Shown here: in pieces, positions 26,279 through 38,269 of the stretch
Position numbering within the stretch: position 1 is the first letter of the stretch
Layout of the letters: every line of letters begins with the position of its first letter
Assembly: GCA_013239625.1 (NCBI GenBank)
Contig: MU053629.1
Location: 3,499,567 to 3,563,566 of the forward strand
DNA length: 64,000 nucleotides
Direction: 5' to 3'
Origin: Lama guanicoe
Lineage: Eukaryota
Made by a program: the position numbers and the translations under genes
Notes under the pieces: generated by a model
The model's input: the letters and a program-made list of their open reading frames with translations, nothing else
What the model was told of the DNA's origin: nothing
Database searches by the model: none

Positions 26279-26994
26279 AATTATGTATTATGTGTTTGAA
26301 AAGAAAAAATACCCTTTGCTCCCTCATTTCGCCCTGGCTTCAGGGTCCCTCCCCAGCCAGAAATGGATGTGGAGGTGCTGAAACATCCCAGGTGGCCCTT
26401 CCTCCCCCATCCCTGCCCTACAGGAGGAGGCAGCAGGGGCTTGAGAAGTAGGCCACAGGGCACCAGTTGGAGTGTATTTGTCTCTGGCTCTGATATGACC
26501 GAGTCGGCTCTGGCAGGAAGCAACTACCCGTGGAGTAAGAAAATCTACCCCCAACTGCTCCTCCCAGGGTCCCAGGGCCTCTACCCACCCAAGCAATCCC
26601 TCTGCTCCATGGAGGGAAAAACAGAGGTTTCTGGACTTTCATGCTCCCCCAGACCCCTAGTGCTGAGACGGAGTTCTGGACCAAAAAGAGTAGAAGAAAA
26701 AGCAGCATTTCTTAATATAATGACCTTTGAGCAGAGCAACTCCATTTTACCTTGAAAACTGCAGAACTGAAAGCAGTCTATGCAGATCATTCAAATGATA
26801 TGCATATAATATGCAAATACAAATGCAAATGATCCAGGGCCAGGCCAGGGCTGAGGGAGAGAGCAGGAGGGAGACAGAGGGCAGTTAGGACCCGGGTCAG
26901 GAACCAGGGGAGGGCTTTGGGTGGGAGCACCTTAGAGAGGACCTCAGGTGGACGGCACTGTGACCCTTCGCAACCCCGTGGGCTCCTGCACTAC

Positions 26995-27250
26995 ACTAAA
27001 CACATGGGGACACACACTCACACGCAGAACCATCGTCACCACACCGACACACACATTAAAACACATAATCATGCTGTCACGAAACACTGACATACAGACA
27101 CCCAGCCATTCACAGACGCACAGACTCCCATACAAACCTACCCACTCCTCCACATGCTCGAAAACGCAAACGTGGATGAAAGCAGACACACATGCCGTCA
27201 AACACTCACAGAAACACACCAACACGGACACAAATACTGATGCACACATC
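26995..27250. repeat. Degenerate CA-rich low-complexity tract
   Basis: Interrupted CACA repeats. Confidence 0.75.
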
Positions 27251-27771
27251 TTGGCGCTGACCCAGCGCAGCCAGTCAGATAAATCTGCCTGGAAAAGAAA
27301 GAATTCCAATATTTCCTGACAAGGAAAAGGAGGCCCAGTAAACAGCAGGAAAGAGAGACCCATCTTCAGATGGTACAGTGATCCCCTCACTCTCCCCCAG
27401 CAGAGGCTTCCCTGTACACCCTGGGGCACAGACATCATCGCCAGTTCCTAACTCTTGCCCCTCGCGGTCCCCCCCCCAGCCTGTTGTTAACCTCTGGCTT
27501 CCTCAGAGCCACCCCTGCCCTCCTCCATCTGGCCCTTTCATCACTTCAGCTGGGGCGCTCTGTCTCATGCAACCTCACATTAATTCTGGCCTTTGTATAA
27601 TCTAATTTGGAAATCTACAGGGGGAAGAAGGAAATCATTTCTTTCAACCCAAATGGGAAACAAGGCTGGATTTGCAGTCACTGCCCATCTCTGGGTGAAT
27701 GGTCACACTAGAAAAATGACTCTTTCCCCAAAAGAGTATACAAACTTTAAATGCCAGCCTGCCCACCCCTT

Positions 27772-27774
<3 letters not shown>

Positions 27775-27809
<35 letters not shown>
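27775..27809. repeat. (CA)n microsatellite
   Basis: Perfect AC run of about 17 units. Confidence 0.95.
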
Positions 27810-27813
<4 letters not shown>

Positions 27814-29592
27814 AAGAAATGTGCTTTTCAGGGCGAAGAATGAATGAGATTTCTCGATCCCTGCCATTAACTCACCGTGTCATTTTGGGCAGGTCACCCA
27901 CCAGCCCAGGGTCTCAATTTCCTTATTTGCCTCATTTGAGGGTTAAGATAATTCTCAAGGCCCCTTGCCTCTCCCACCTTCCACCGCCCTGATAGCACCA
28001 GAGTCCGAGGCTGGCACTTGCCCTGTGGTGTTCCCCAGAACTGTCCCCTGACCTTGGGGATTCACCACTAATGCTGGGATCTGAGAAGAGCTAAGGCCTG
28101 GGCCCCTCCAGGGAAGGACAAGCCACACCCCCAGGGTCAGGATTCACCCATCACCCCCAGCTTCTGTCCTGCCAACCTGAGACACTCTATGTCCCCCTGG
28201 GAGCGTCAGAGGTTCAAAGGGAGGTCAGCTTGGAACAGCGGTATCTTAAGATACAATACGGCTGTGATATCAGAGCGAGCAGGAAGAGTTGCAAAATGCC
28301 ACATTGAGGGTTTTTAGTGTATTTTAGGGCCTCAGACTCTCTTTCCAAATCAATATTCATGGGGATAGGCATGCCATTTATTTGCATATGTAGATTGTTG
28401 CTCATCCACTGCAGGATAAAAAAGTTTCGGGGTGTTTTTATTTATTGTATTTATTTTAAGCTTGGATGATAAACCAGTCAAGTCCGGCTGGGGAAGGGCA
28501 GCTTCCAAGGGCAGCAGTGGGTTTTAAATAATCTGTGCTCTGAGGAAAGGTGGGTCCTAGATACACAGGAGTGAGTCACCCTGACCCTGACTAAACAGCA
28601 GAATTAATTCCAGGTCAGCCCTTCCCAGGTCATCCCATGAAGCCCTCTCCACGGGAAGCCTGGCCATGTCCCGTGGCCCCACACAAGCCTCTGGGAAACC
28701 AAGCCCACCACTGTCGCTCCAGGTCACCAATGAGAGGCAGACACAGGTTCAGGGTGTGACTCTGGGCAAGCCACTTGAGCCCCCATTCTGAGGACAATAA
28801 CCTGCTTTGCCAAGTTGTTGTAAAATACACACTAGTTATAGAGATGCGTGGTGGTGATGGTCACACAACATGATGAAGCAAATACCGGTGAAATGTACAT
28901 TTCAAAACAGTTAAGATGGGAAGTTTTACGGTATGTGTATTTTACCACAAGAAAAATAAAAATTTTAAAACCCCCAAAACTTGAAAATAAATGCACCAAA
29001 AAAGCGCTTGCTAAAATGTGAAGCCTTAATGAAGGTAGCCATCGTTAAGGCATCTTCTCTCCTGGGGTAACTGGCAACAGCTCCCCGGAGCCTTCGGGGA
29101 AGGCTCCATTCCCTGCCACTGCCAGCCAAAGCCGCCTGAGGCTCTGAGAACCATCATCCTGCTCTTTCCTGGCTTCACTCCTCTTCTCTGCACCAAGTGA
29201 CACTTTACTCCACCAGAACGCTGTGAGTCCACCGTGAGAATCTCAGAGGCTCCCGAATTACTCCAAAGTCCTTATACTCACATCAAAGTGCCCTGAAACC
29301 TGGTGAGGGTCTGTAGGGAGGGAGGCAGTGAAGCCTTGTAGGAAGTTCAGGGGGCTCTGCTGACCTGGATGGAATCCAGATGCTGCCAACACCCAGTGGG
29401 ACCTTGCCTGCTCGATCTCTCTGAGCCTCAGCCTTCTCATCTGCACAATGGAGCGAATACTATTCCACCTACCTCTTGGTGCACAACAAACGCTCAAAAC
29501 ATGGTGTCTCGTATTAGGATTGCAGAGCAGTTAGCCGCAGTTCCAGCATTAACTCTCCCACACCGCTAGGGGCGCTGTCTCTAAGCACACAG

Positions 29593-30168
29593 CAGCTGTT
29601 CTCAAGCAGGGGTTCCTTAGGCAGGTAAGTACTGATGTGTTTTCCTTTCGGTGACCGAGCGCTCCCACTCAGTCCCTACCAGCTTTGCGTCAGCATCTGT
29701 GGTTGCGCTAGAACTGAACAGAGCCCCTTTAATTGTGAACTAATGAAAAAAGGCGGCAGCCTCACGCACAAATGCTTTTGTGCCAAGTGCTGGCCAGATG
29801 ACCCTTCAGCATGTTGTAGGAACAAAGGTTTCACAGTGGTTCCAGCTAAGAAGAGCGGTAGGAGAGTTGAGGTCACCACAGAGCTCATGTAGCAAGAGGT
29901 AATTTAGTCTTAGCGCAGCGGCGTCTATTACAGTAAATTAATATTGTTAATCTGAACGTTATTGGCTCTGTAGTCTATATTTATAAACTTATCTGGGCCC
30001 TAAGATTGTGTATGAGTTATAAGCATAAGTTGATTATGCCTGGTTTTGTATTTATCTTTTTAAATATTATTATATTAATAATTTCAGACAATATTGGAGA
30101 TCTGTGGGAAGAATTTTCCCCCTTTAAAATGGAACCATCCATACATTTTTCAAGTTTTAAAACCACTG
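29593..30168. mobile_element. hAT-Charlie-like non-autonomous DNA transposon (family unassigned)
   Basis: Left end cagctgttctcaa and right end ttttaaaaccactg resemble Charlie TIRs (CAGTGGTTCTCAA). Confidence 0.55.
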
Positions 30169-30368
30169 GTATATAGATAAACAAGTTTATACTCTACAGT
30201 ACAGGGAAATATACACAAGATCTTGTAGTAGCTCACAATGAAAAAGAATATGAAAATGAATATATGTATATTCATGTATGACTGAAGCATTGTGCTGTAC
30301 ACCAGAAATTGACACAACATTGTAAACTGACTATAACTCAATAAAATTAAAAATAATAATAATAATAA
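30166..30368 (+). mobile_element. Young camelid L1 3' tip with (AAT)n tail
   Basis: acagggaaatatacacaagatcttgtagtagctcac...tgctgtacaccagaaattgacacaacattgtaaactgactataactcaataaa; flanked by taaaacca on both sides. Confidence 0.85.
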
Positions 30369-31359
30369 TAAAACCATCAGTCTAAAATTTAATGCAGAGA
30401 CCAACCTGGGGTGTAGCTAGAGTCCCTAAAAATCAGGTTCATTGTCCATTTTCTTCTACAGTGGATGGGAAGAGGGGGAGCTGGGCAGAGAAGCAACTGT
30501 AATAGGCGAAGGTTAAGTGATTTGCCCAAGGTCATTCATAGGTCAGTCTCCGCACTCAGGATTCCTATCTTGGATGTCAGGGAAGTCTCTGGAATCTTCA
30601 GTAAATTCCCTCCTCCTTTACTCCCGAAACCTCTTATTCCACTTTGACTGAACAATAAAGGCTAATAAAGAAGAGGCTTTCTCTGCATCCCAGCTCCTCT
30701 CCCTCCCGCCTCAGCCGAAATTGCATCCAAGTCCTGAGGAAAGGTGGACTCCTCTCCCAGCTCCAGGTGGAGGCTCATGGAGGTTCCCAGCACAAAGTGG
30801 TCCAAGATTGTCCAGAAGAAAAGATTTCCTGTCTACTATGAAGGGTCCATGGGTATAGCGTGAAGAGGGTTCTACCCACAGATCTCTGCAGAGCCCACCC
30901 CTTTCCCACCTCTGCCACCAGCATCACCAATAGGTAGACACTGAGCCCAGCCTGGTGCTGGCTCCTGGGGAGAAGGCATAAGTCAGTTTCAAGGAGCTGG
31001 TCTGTTAGGGAGGTGAGGCCCACACAGACAGAGCCCAGGTGACAGAGAACCAGCTAGCAGGAAATCAAGAGCTCGGCTGTGCAGTGGAGAGGAGGGAGAT
31101 GGAGGAACTCAGAAGGAAGGTAGATCAATGAGCGGTGGCTGAGATGGAGGCCCCCTAGCGGGTGGCGGACCGGAGCTGAGCTATGAAGGCTGAGTGGGAC
31201 CTGGCTGAGTGGAGGGAAGTGGTCATTTCAGCCAATGGCAACAGCTGTGAGAAGGCGACTGTGTCCCTGAGACAGTGAAGAAGCTGAAGATGAGCAGCCG
31301 TCACCTCCTACTAAACTCCCCTGCTTCTCCCCACTGCCGCCTTCCCGCTCATCCTTGGA

Positions 31360-31728
31360 CTTACCACGGCAGTTCTCACCTCAGGGCCTTTGCACCTGCT
31401 ATTCTTGCTGCCCGATGCCCCCCACCCCCAGATATTCCCACAGCATCCTTCCTCTCAGTCTCTGCTCAAATGTCACCATCAGGGAGGCCTTCCCTGACCA
31501 CTCTGTGTAAAACAGCAGCAGCCTATCACCATATATATCTCTTTACCTTGCTGTTTTTCTTCATTGCAGCAAGTGCAAAGTATATCATATCATGTGTTCA
31601 TTTTTTACCACCTGTCTCCCCTCGCTTCAGTGCAAGCTCCCTGTAGGCAAGGGCTTTGTTTTGTCCCCTGCTCTATCGAGCATGTGCTCAGTGATCAGTA
31701 TTTACAGAAAGAATAAATGAATGAATGA
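31360..31728. mobile_element. L2 3' fragment
   Basis: cctcagggcctttgcacctgct...tctgctcaaatgtcacc...gcaagctccctgtaggcaagggctttg plus a (TGAA)n end. Confidence 0.8.
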
Positions 31729-32422
31729 GAGGAAAGAAGAATGCTATCAAGAATGGAGACATAGCTCCTGGAGGGAGCAGAGACCTCCAACAGACCACCT
31801 TCCTGTTGATATGTCAGAGACACAGAGACACAGACAGGGGTGGTGGCAGGGCAGGGTGGATGGATACGAAGGATCGCATGGTCGTAAAGGAAGGGCAGAG
31901 GAGTTCAGGAAACCTGGCTCAGATCCAGGTTCAGATCAATCGGAACCTCAGCGTAATAGAGGAAGGTCTTCAGGAAAGAGTCGTGGTAAATATCAGTGTT
32001 TAAGAAGTCCCCAGTATACAAAAAGGGTCTGAGTCTCACTAGAGACAGGAGACAGAAGGAGGTAGGGGACACAGCAAGTAGGGAAAAGAGACTGGGAGAA
32101 CAGGGCACCCACAGGGTCGGGAGGATGTCGGGAAGATGTATGAAACGCAGCACAGAGGAAAGAACTTGACCTTCCCCTCGCTCTGCCTCCCGCTGCCAAG
32201 TGAGCCTGGCACGTCATTTAACCTCTCCCAGCCTCCGTATTCTCATCTGCAAAATGAGGACAATAATCCTGACCTCACAGGGTAGTTGCAAGGTTGAGTC
32301 AAAACAGTTCCTAAAAATCACCCGAAGTAGTGCCTGGCTTGCAGCCTGCAGGCATTCACCAAATTGAGTCCCTTCTCCAAATTGAGATTAAGGAAAAAAA
32401 GGTGAAGATTAACTGGCTTTTC

Positions 32423-32571
32423 CGCGGGGTGGGTATAGCTCAGTGGTACAGAGCGTGCTTAGCATGCATGAGGTCATGGGTTCAATCCCCAGCACCTCCA
32501 TTAAATAGATAAATAAACCTAATTACCTCCCCTGCCCCACGGACAAAAAAAATTTTTTTTTAACTTTTAAA
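32423..32571 (+). mobile_element. Vic-1-type SINE
   Basis: ggggtgggtatagctcagtggtacagagcgtgcttagcatgcatgaggtcatgggttcaatcccc; 14-bp TSD ttaactggcttttc. Confidence 0.92.
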
Positions 32572-32629
32572 AAGGTTAACTGGCTTTTCAGGTAAATAAC
32601 CTTATTTAGCCATTCCTGTAATTGTTAAC

Positions 32630-33680
32630 TCAGTAAATACTCACTGAAGTGCCACATGTTTGCAGGTCACCACACTGGATACAAAGGATCCACCCCGACC
32701 CCATCTCCGGTCACAGTGGTCTTACATCCAACTGGGAAGATGAGGAATGTTCCAACAAAATGCTGAACAATGACTCCAGAGCATGTTACTAAGTACCGAA
32801 TCTGTGGTGTAGGCATTAATTGCTACAGAAGTTCAGGGGAAGGAGAGATCGATGCTTCGAGATCACCATGGGCTCCTGTGGTCAGGGAAGGTCTAATGAG
32901 GATGTAGCTCTAACACAGAGAGGGTGAAGAAAAGGGTGGTTTGGCTTAAACACAGAGAAAGGCAGAACTTGAAGCAGAGTCAGACGTAGTACTGAGTCCT
33001 GGCAGGTAAGGATGGGGGGAAAGGATGCAGGCAGGTTGTAGAGACTTCCAGATGTCCATTTGAGGGACTTGAGCTTCATGCAGAGAGTAGCGTGGGGAAA
33101 AAAAAAGGTAACAAATGGATGTTTTAGGATGATCTGAAGGAGGGAGGTATGAGAGGCTGGGGAATGGCAGCTCACGCAACGTAATGTGTCTGCAGTAAAG
33201 ATTCTAGACTTATTGCCACCTCTGCACTAGAATTACAGATGACCCTATTTGCAAGACCCAAAGACAGCTCCTGTAGGACAAGTATGTCCCATGACCCCCA
33301 GGCACTGTCCACCTGGGGCTGGGAGATCAGAGCAGGAGGTGGAAAGAGCCTGAACAAAGGGCATGTCTCATGCCAGGAAGGACTCGTACTCAAGAAACAC
33401 GATGAAGACAAAACAAAGTCAATGCTTGAATACTGAGAATAGAGGGAGGAGGTAGGCATCAGAAGTGTAGCTAAGGTTTTGAGCCCAAGCATCTGGGAAG
33501 ACAGTGCTGCCAACAACAAAAATGAAGAATCCAGAAGGGCAGGTGGCTTGAGAGGTGGGAAGAAATTCGATTTCATTTTAGGTGTATAGATTTTATCATG
33601 GCAGCCAGACATCCTAATAATAATAATAATAATAATATCTAATCAGCAACTGAAATGTAGTATGAAAGATGGAGATTGAG
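32630..33680. mobile_element. Degraded L2 fragments
   Basis: taaatactcactgaagtgcc..., agtgtagctaaggttttgagcccaagcatctgggaagacagtgctgcc. Confidence 0.55.
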
Positions 33681-34369
33681 TGATGTTTGAATCATCCAGG
33701 AGTGGAAACCGGGAATGCCAAGACTGGTAAAGAAGCCACTGTGATGTGCCTCTCAGAACGGCAACTGACTATATTTGGACTGTCAAAGACATTGTTTGTA
33801 GAAATAAGATCTCATTCTGGGCTAACAATCCCATTTCACCACTGAGAAAAGGAAAGCAAGAGGCAGCAAGGTGTGCAGAAGGAGCTCATAACCCATCTAC
33901 ACTAAGATGCTGGAGTTCCAGTATGCACTATGAACCACCTCCTCCAGGAAGTCTTCCCTAACTGCTGTGGCTCCCACTGAAGTCATGCTCCTCCTACCAT
34001 GGTTGGTCTGCAAATCATAATTATTTATTCACTCTCTGGTTCTGTTCTCTGATTATTTGATAGTCTATGTGGTCTAGTCCTCACACATCTTCTGCACTAG
34101 ATTACAATTCTTTGAGGGCAGAGATCAAATCTTCCAAAAATCTTCTACTCTGCATACTAATCAAGTGCAATTATTGGGTTAATTCAGATTTATCTTCCCA
34201 ATAAATCCTCATTGCACAGATGAGCAAACTGAGGCACAAAGAAGTGAAATACTTAGCTTGGGGTCAGTCACAGGGCTGAAAAGGAGTAGAGAGCATTGAA
34301 ACTCAGGTCTTAAACTCCTTTCTTTTTTCCAAAAGCATCCTAATTTTTTCCCTTTCTCAGGCCCAGCAC

Positions 34370-34755
34370 ATAAATCAAGATTATCCTAGGCCAAGTATGA
34401 AGGTGTCCTTCCCTTGCCTGTGGCTGGGTCATGCCTGAACACGTGACTCACAATTTCAGCCAATGAGACACAAGGGAAAGTCCACTGAGGGGCTTCTGGT
34501 AACGGCTCGCTTCCTGGCTTCTCTGCCTCTGCATATTATTCTAAGGGTGCAATGCCTGGAACTGTTGCAGCCATCTTGTGACCTTGAGACCAAGAAAAAG
34601 ATGAAAAGAATCTGGATCTTGGATGATGCCGTCAAACCACCATAAGAACCAAGCTTGGGGCAGGTAGCCCACACCTGTTGTAATGGGAGGTACTAACTGC
34701 CTTATTGTTTCAGCCAGTGGAGTTCAGGTTTTCTGCTACTTGCAGCTCTGACTGA
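34370..34755. mobile_element. Old MLT1 (MLT1J/K-like) LTR
   Basis: cagccaatgagacacaagggaaagtc...gcagccatcttgtgaccttgag...cttattgtttcagccag...ttctgctacttgcagc. Confidence 0.7.
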
Positions 34756-36060
34756 TACCCATTCCAGTCAAGGGCTCTTGTCACCACAAGTGCCTGAGGC
34801 AAGCATTATGGGAGATACAGAACATGTACAAGTCCTGGTCCCTGCCCTCACTGTGCCTTTCCCAAGACTGGACACTCAATAAGTTGATTAACTGATTCTG
34901 CCTTTGCCCACCAGTTACAGGCAATATATTCCCTGAAGGCATCTTCCTTCCCTTTACTCAGCCTCACTGATTATCTCAAAGTTTCAGCCTCACATGACTG
35001 TAGTCTCAACCAACCAGGTTCTTCCCCATCGCCTCCCCCAACCTCTAAGGATCAAGCTAAAAGCAAGGGACTTGCACTTGCCCAGGGAGACCATCAGCCA
35101 AACTCCGCACTCCCAAATATTTGTTCTTTGAAATGTCTTTCTCAATTAGATCTCACCCAAATGTTTGACAGTCAGGCTGAATTCCAACTTCCTGCTCCAG
35201 AACAGACATGTTGAGCCTACATAATTACTGCAGCCAGCTTTATTTGCTATAAAAACATGGATTTTTGCTCCTTCTCGACTGTAAAATAATCAATAAATAG
35301 AATCCAGATGAAAAATGCCAGCATTTAGGAGAACAACTCTTTTATGGTTCTTTTCTTTTGGGCCTAATTAACACATAGGGGATAAAATGTGCTGTTATAT
35401 TTCCCCAACCAGCTAAGGCGAAACACAAACTCTCCTTTCCTCCTGCTGAGATGCAGCTTCACACCAGAAATACAGGTGAAACAGACGGACACTTTCAAAA
35501 CATTCTGAATTGTTCCACAAACAGAGCTGTAAACCTGTGAGGTGGACTTCCTCCAACCCCCCCACCGTTCACATTGGCTGTTCAATTTTTTCCTCTGTCC
35601 CCTAAGAACACAGTTGCATAGTTGCTGTCAAATGAAACAAAGATAGTTCCGTTAGCAGGAGAAGAAATCTCTCTCTGACTTTCTTTCTTTTAAAAGAAGA
35701 CATGCCTTTTTGGACAATGACCACCCAGGCCATGAAAGTTTCATGAGGGGCTCTTGGAGTGGATGACACCTTTTCAATTATAACACTTTTATAATAAACC
35801 CCCACAGAGCCACAGGGCATGGAGTCTACATCCAACACATGACACCTATTTATTCTGTAATTATATTGCGATATATTCTCTCTGTGTGTGTACTGATGAA
35901 GATAAAATATTCTTTTAATTCTGCGGCTTCCTGGGGGGCTGGGGGGAGAGGATCATACACAGGCAAATCCTGGGAGTTCCTAGAGCTAAATTACAGCCTT
36001 TGTTCCAGGATCCCTCATTGCATAATCTCAAGAAAATCACTCACTTTTCCTTGTTCTACC

Positions 36061-36250
36061 ACAGTGGTTCTCTCAGTGTGGTCCTGGGGCCAAGAGCATC
36101 AGCCTCACCTGGGAACTTGTTAAAAATTCAAATTACTGGGCCTGCTGCAGACCCACTCACCGAATCAAAAACTCTGGGTTGGGGGGGGGGAACGACACAG
36201 CAATCTGTGTTTAAACAAGCCTTCCACATTGAAGTCTGAGAAGCACTCGT
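36061..36250. mobile_element. MER5A (hAT-Charlie)
   Basis: cagtggttctctcagtgtggtcc...agcatcagcctcacctgggaacttgttaaaa...gaatcaaaaactctggg...gaagtctgagaagcact. Confidence 0.85.
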
Positions 36251-37003
36251 CTACAAAACAGAAAGGTAAGAGCACCAGTGTAAATGGAATCAGGGATGGA
36301 GGACACCTGGGCTTTTTTCTCAATAGCTGTTGCAATCTGCAGAGTCAGGGCTCCATTTACCCATCTGTACAATGGGGCTACAGAGTTTCACCAAGAAGCC
36401 GTGGATGCTGGAATTTAAGAGGTACGTGCTTACCCAGCACCAGTCTCTATGGATACCTAGCAAGATCACAGTTGCCAATACTCACCAGCTCCCTCCCGCC
36501 ATACTCTGACTGGCAGAAGCTCTGCAGAGCAGTCTTCAATGCCATAGCTAAGGTCATCATTGCAGCTGCCTCTGGGTTACCCTTGGCAACCAGATGCTAG
36601 GGTCATGGAAGCCCACAGAATCTCTAAACTTCATAGCCGGTAGCTTCAAGCCTTTTTAACCTCAGAGCCTTGAACCACTAGAGGGGAGGCTCAGGACTGT
36701 TTCTGTTATATTGTCCCGATTCAGCACTTCTTCAGACCTCTTTTGTGTACTTACCTCCACTCCACAATTGGACTTAAAGCCTGTGGAGGATGACACCTAG
36801 CATGTCAGCATCCTGAGGTCTGGGACTCTGTCTGACTGCCTCATGCCTGTCTCCCCAAGGCCTAGACCAGTGCCTGGCCCAAAGCAGAAGCTCGAGAACT
36901 GTCTGTTGACAAAATATTCCTAGCACAGTAAATGCCCTGCCCAGAGTAAATCCAGTAGTAAGCCCCAAACCTTCATGTATCTAAATTCTAAAAGTTATGG
37001 TTG

Positions 37004-37101
37004 AGGGGATGGGGGTATATCGCTCAGCGGTAGAGTGTGTGCATAGCACACACAAGGTCCTGGGTTCAATCCCCAACAACTCCGTTAAAAAAATAAAGAA
37101 A
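37004..37101 (+). mobile_element. Vic-1-type SINE
   Basis: gctcagcggtagagtgtgtgcatagcacacacaaggtcctgggttcaatcccc; 15-bp TSD taaaagttatggttg. Confidence 0.92.
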
Positions 37102-37284
37102 TAAAAGTTATGGTTGGGAAAGGGCAAAGAAATATTTGAAAGCCACGGAACAAGAAGAGGGAAGAGGAGAAGCAAAAGCCTGAATATCTCCCAGCTGGAG
37201 CTCATGTGGTGCTGACCTCCCAGACAATTGCTCACCCTGGGTCTAGAGCTGGAAGACCTCTGGGCCAGGCTCTGAGCTTCAGTT

Positions 37285-37445
37285 CTTTTTTATTTTTTTT
37301 TAATTGAAGTATAGTCAGTTTACAATGTTGTGTCAATTTCTGTTGCACAGCCTAATATTTCAGCCATACATATACATACATGTACTCCTTTTCGTATTTT
37401 TTCTCATTATAGGTTCCTACAAGATACTGAATATATTTGCCTGCT
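37285..37445 (-). mobile_element. Antisense young L1 3' tip
   Basis: ttttaattgaagtatagtcagtttacaatgttgtgtcaatttct, the reverse complement of the element at 30166-30368. Confidence 0.85.
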
Positions 37446-38269
37446 GGGTTTGAGTTCTAAGCAGCTGGTCTTCTAACTGCCCTAGTGCTTCTCACTCAAA
37501 GGCTAAATTCTCATTGGTCCTGACTCTGCTGTCCTTGGACCAGCCACATAACCGGTGGTGAGCTTTCCTACCACCCTCTTAGTGACTCAAGCCTTGTGCC
37601 CACGATCCTCTCTCAGTCAGAAACCTACCCAAGAGCCAATTCCAAATTCTCGCTTCTCCAGGAACTATCCCTAACCCTGCCCCGTCTGAATATGGTTTGA
37701 CTTGAGAAGCCAATGCACCCTTGGCTGCAAAACAGTGGCTGCTCTTTCCCTGTGGGTTGCACTTTATGGGTGGGGGCTGAGTCTTTAGAGCTCTCTTTAC
37801 CTCCAGACTTCAGATCAGGCAAGGAATAGTTTGCAACAAACTCTCACCTAAATGATTTACCCTGGGAAATGATCACAGCACAGCACCTACCAAGAGGCCA
37901 GTCAGTCCTCTACATCTGATTTCAAACCCACCCAGTCCTGCAGCCTGCAAAGTGCGTACAGCCGCCTGGCTGGGAACACTTGCCACATGCTGAGAAAGTG
38001 GTTAGGACAGCAAAGAGTACTAGAAAAAGCCCTGAACTAGGAGTCCGGAGACCTGGTTTACATTCTCTTCCACTCCTAAACAGCTCTAAGCGAATCCTTT
38101 CACTTCCCTGGGTCTCCACCTGCTGTTCTGTGAGATAGATGGGAGTAAGCGGTGGAGACTGCAGTCGTGGACCCTGAATTGCCAGCGGCTTGAACAACAT
38201 GTGAGCAACGGAGAGAGCTGGTGCGTGGTGCGCACCAAGGAAAACCCGCCAAAGGAGCTGAGGATGGAG

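Noticed and set aside
22579..26307. CRISPR-like or phage-type repeat system
   Set aside because: Only two copies 3.4 kb apart in a mammalian intron; no spacer array or associated genes.
31721..32032. Possible processed-pseudogene fragment (92-103-aa ORFs)
   Set aside because: No recognisable protein similarity, poly(A) tail or TSD.
32423..32500. tRNA-like sequences (also at 6280, 8947, 15781, 37004, 55889, 57233 and antisense at 7792)
   Set aside because: These are SINE heads with A-rich tails and mostly clear TSDs, not complete cloverleaf tRNA genes.
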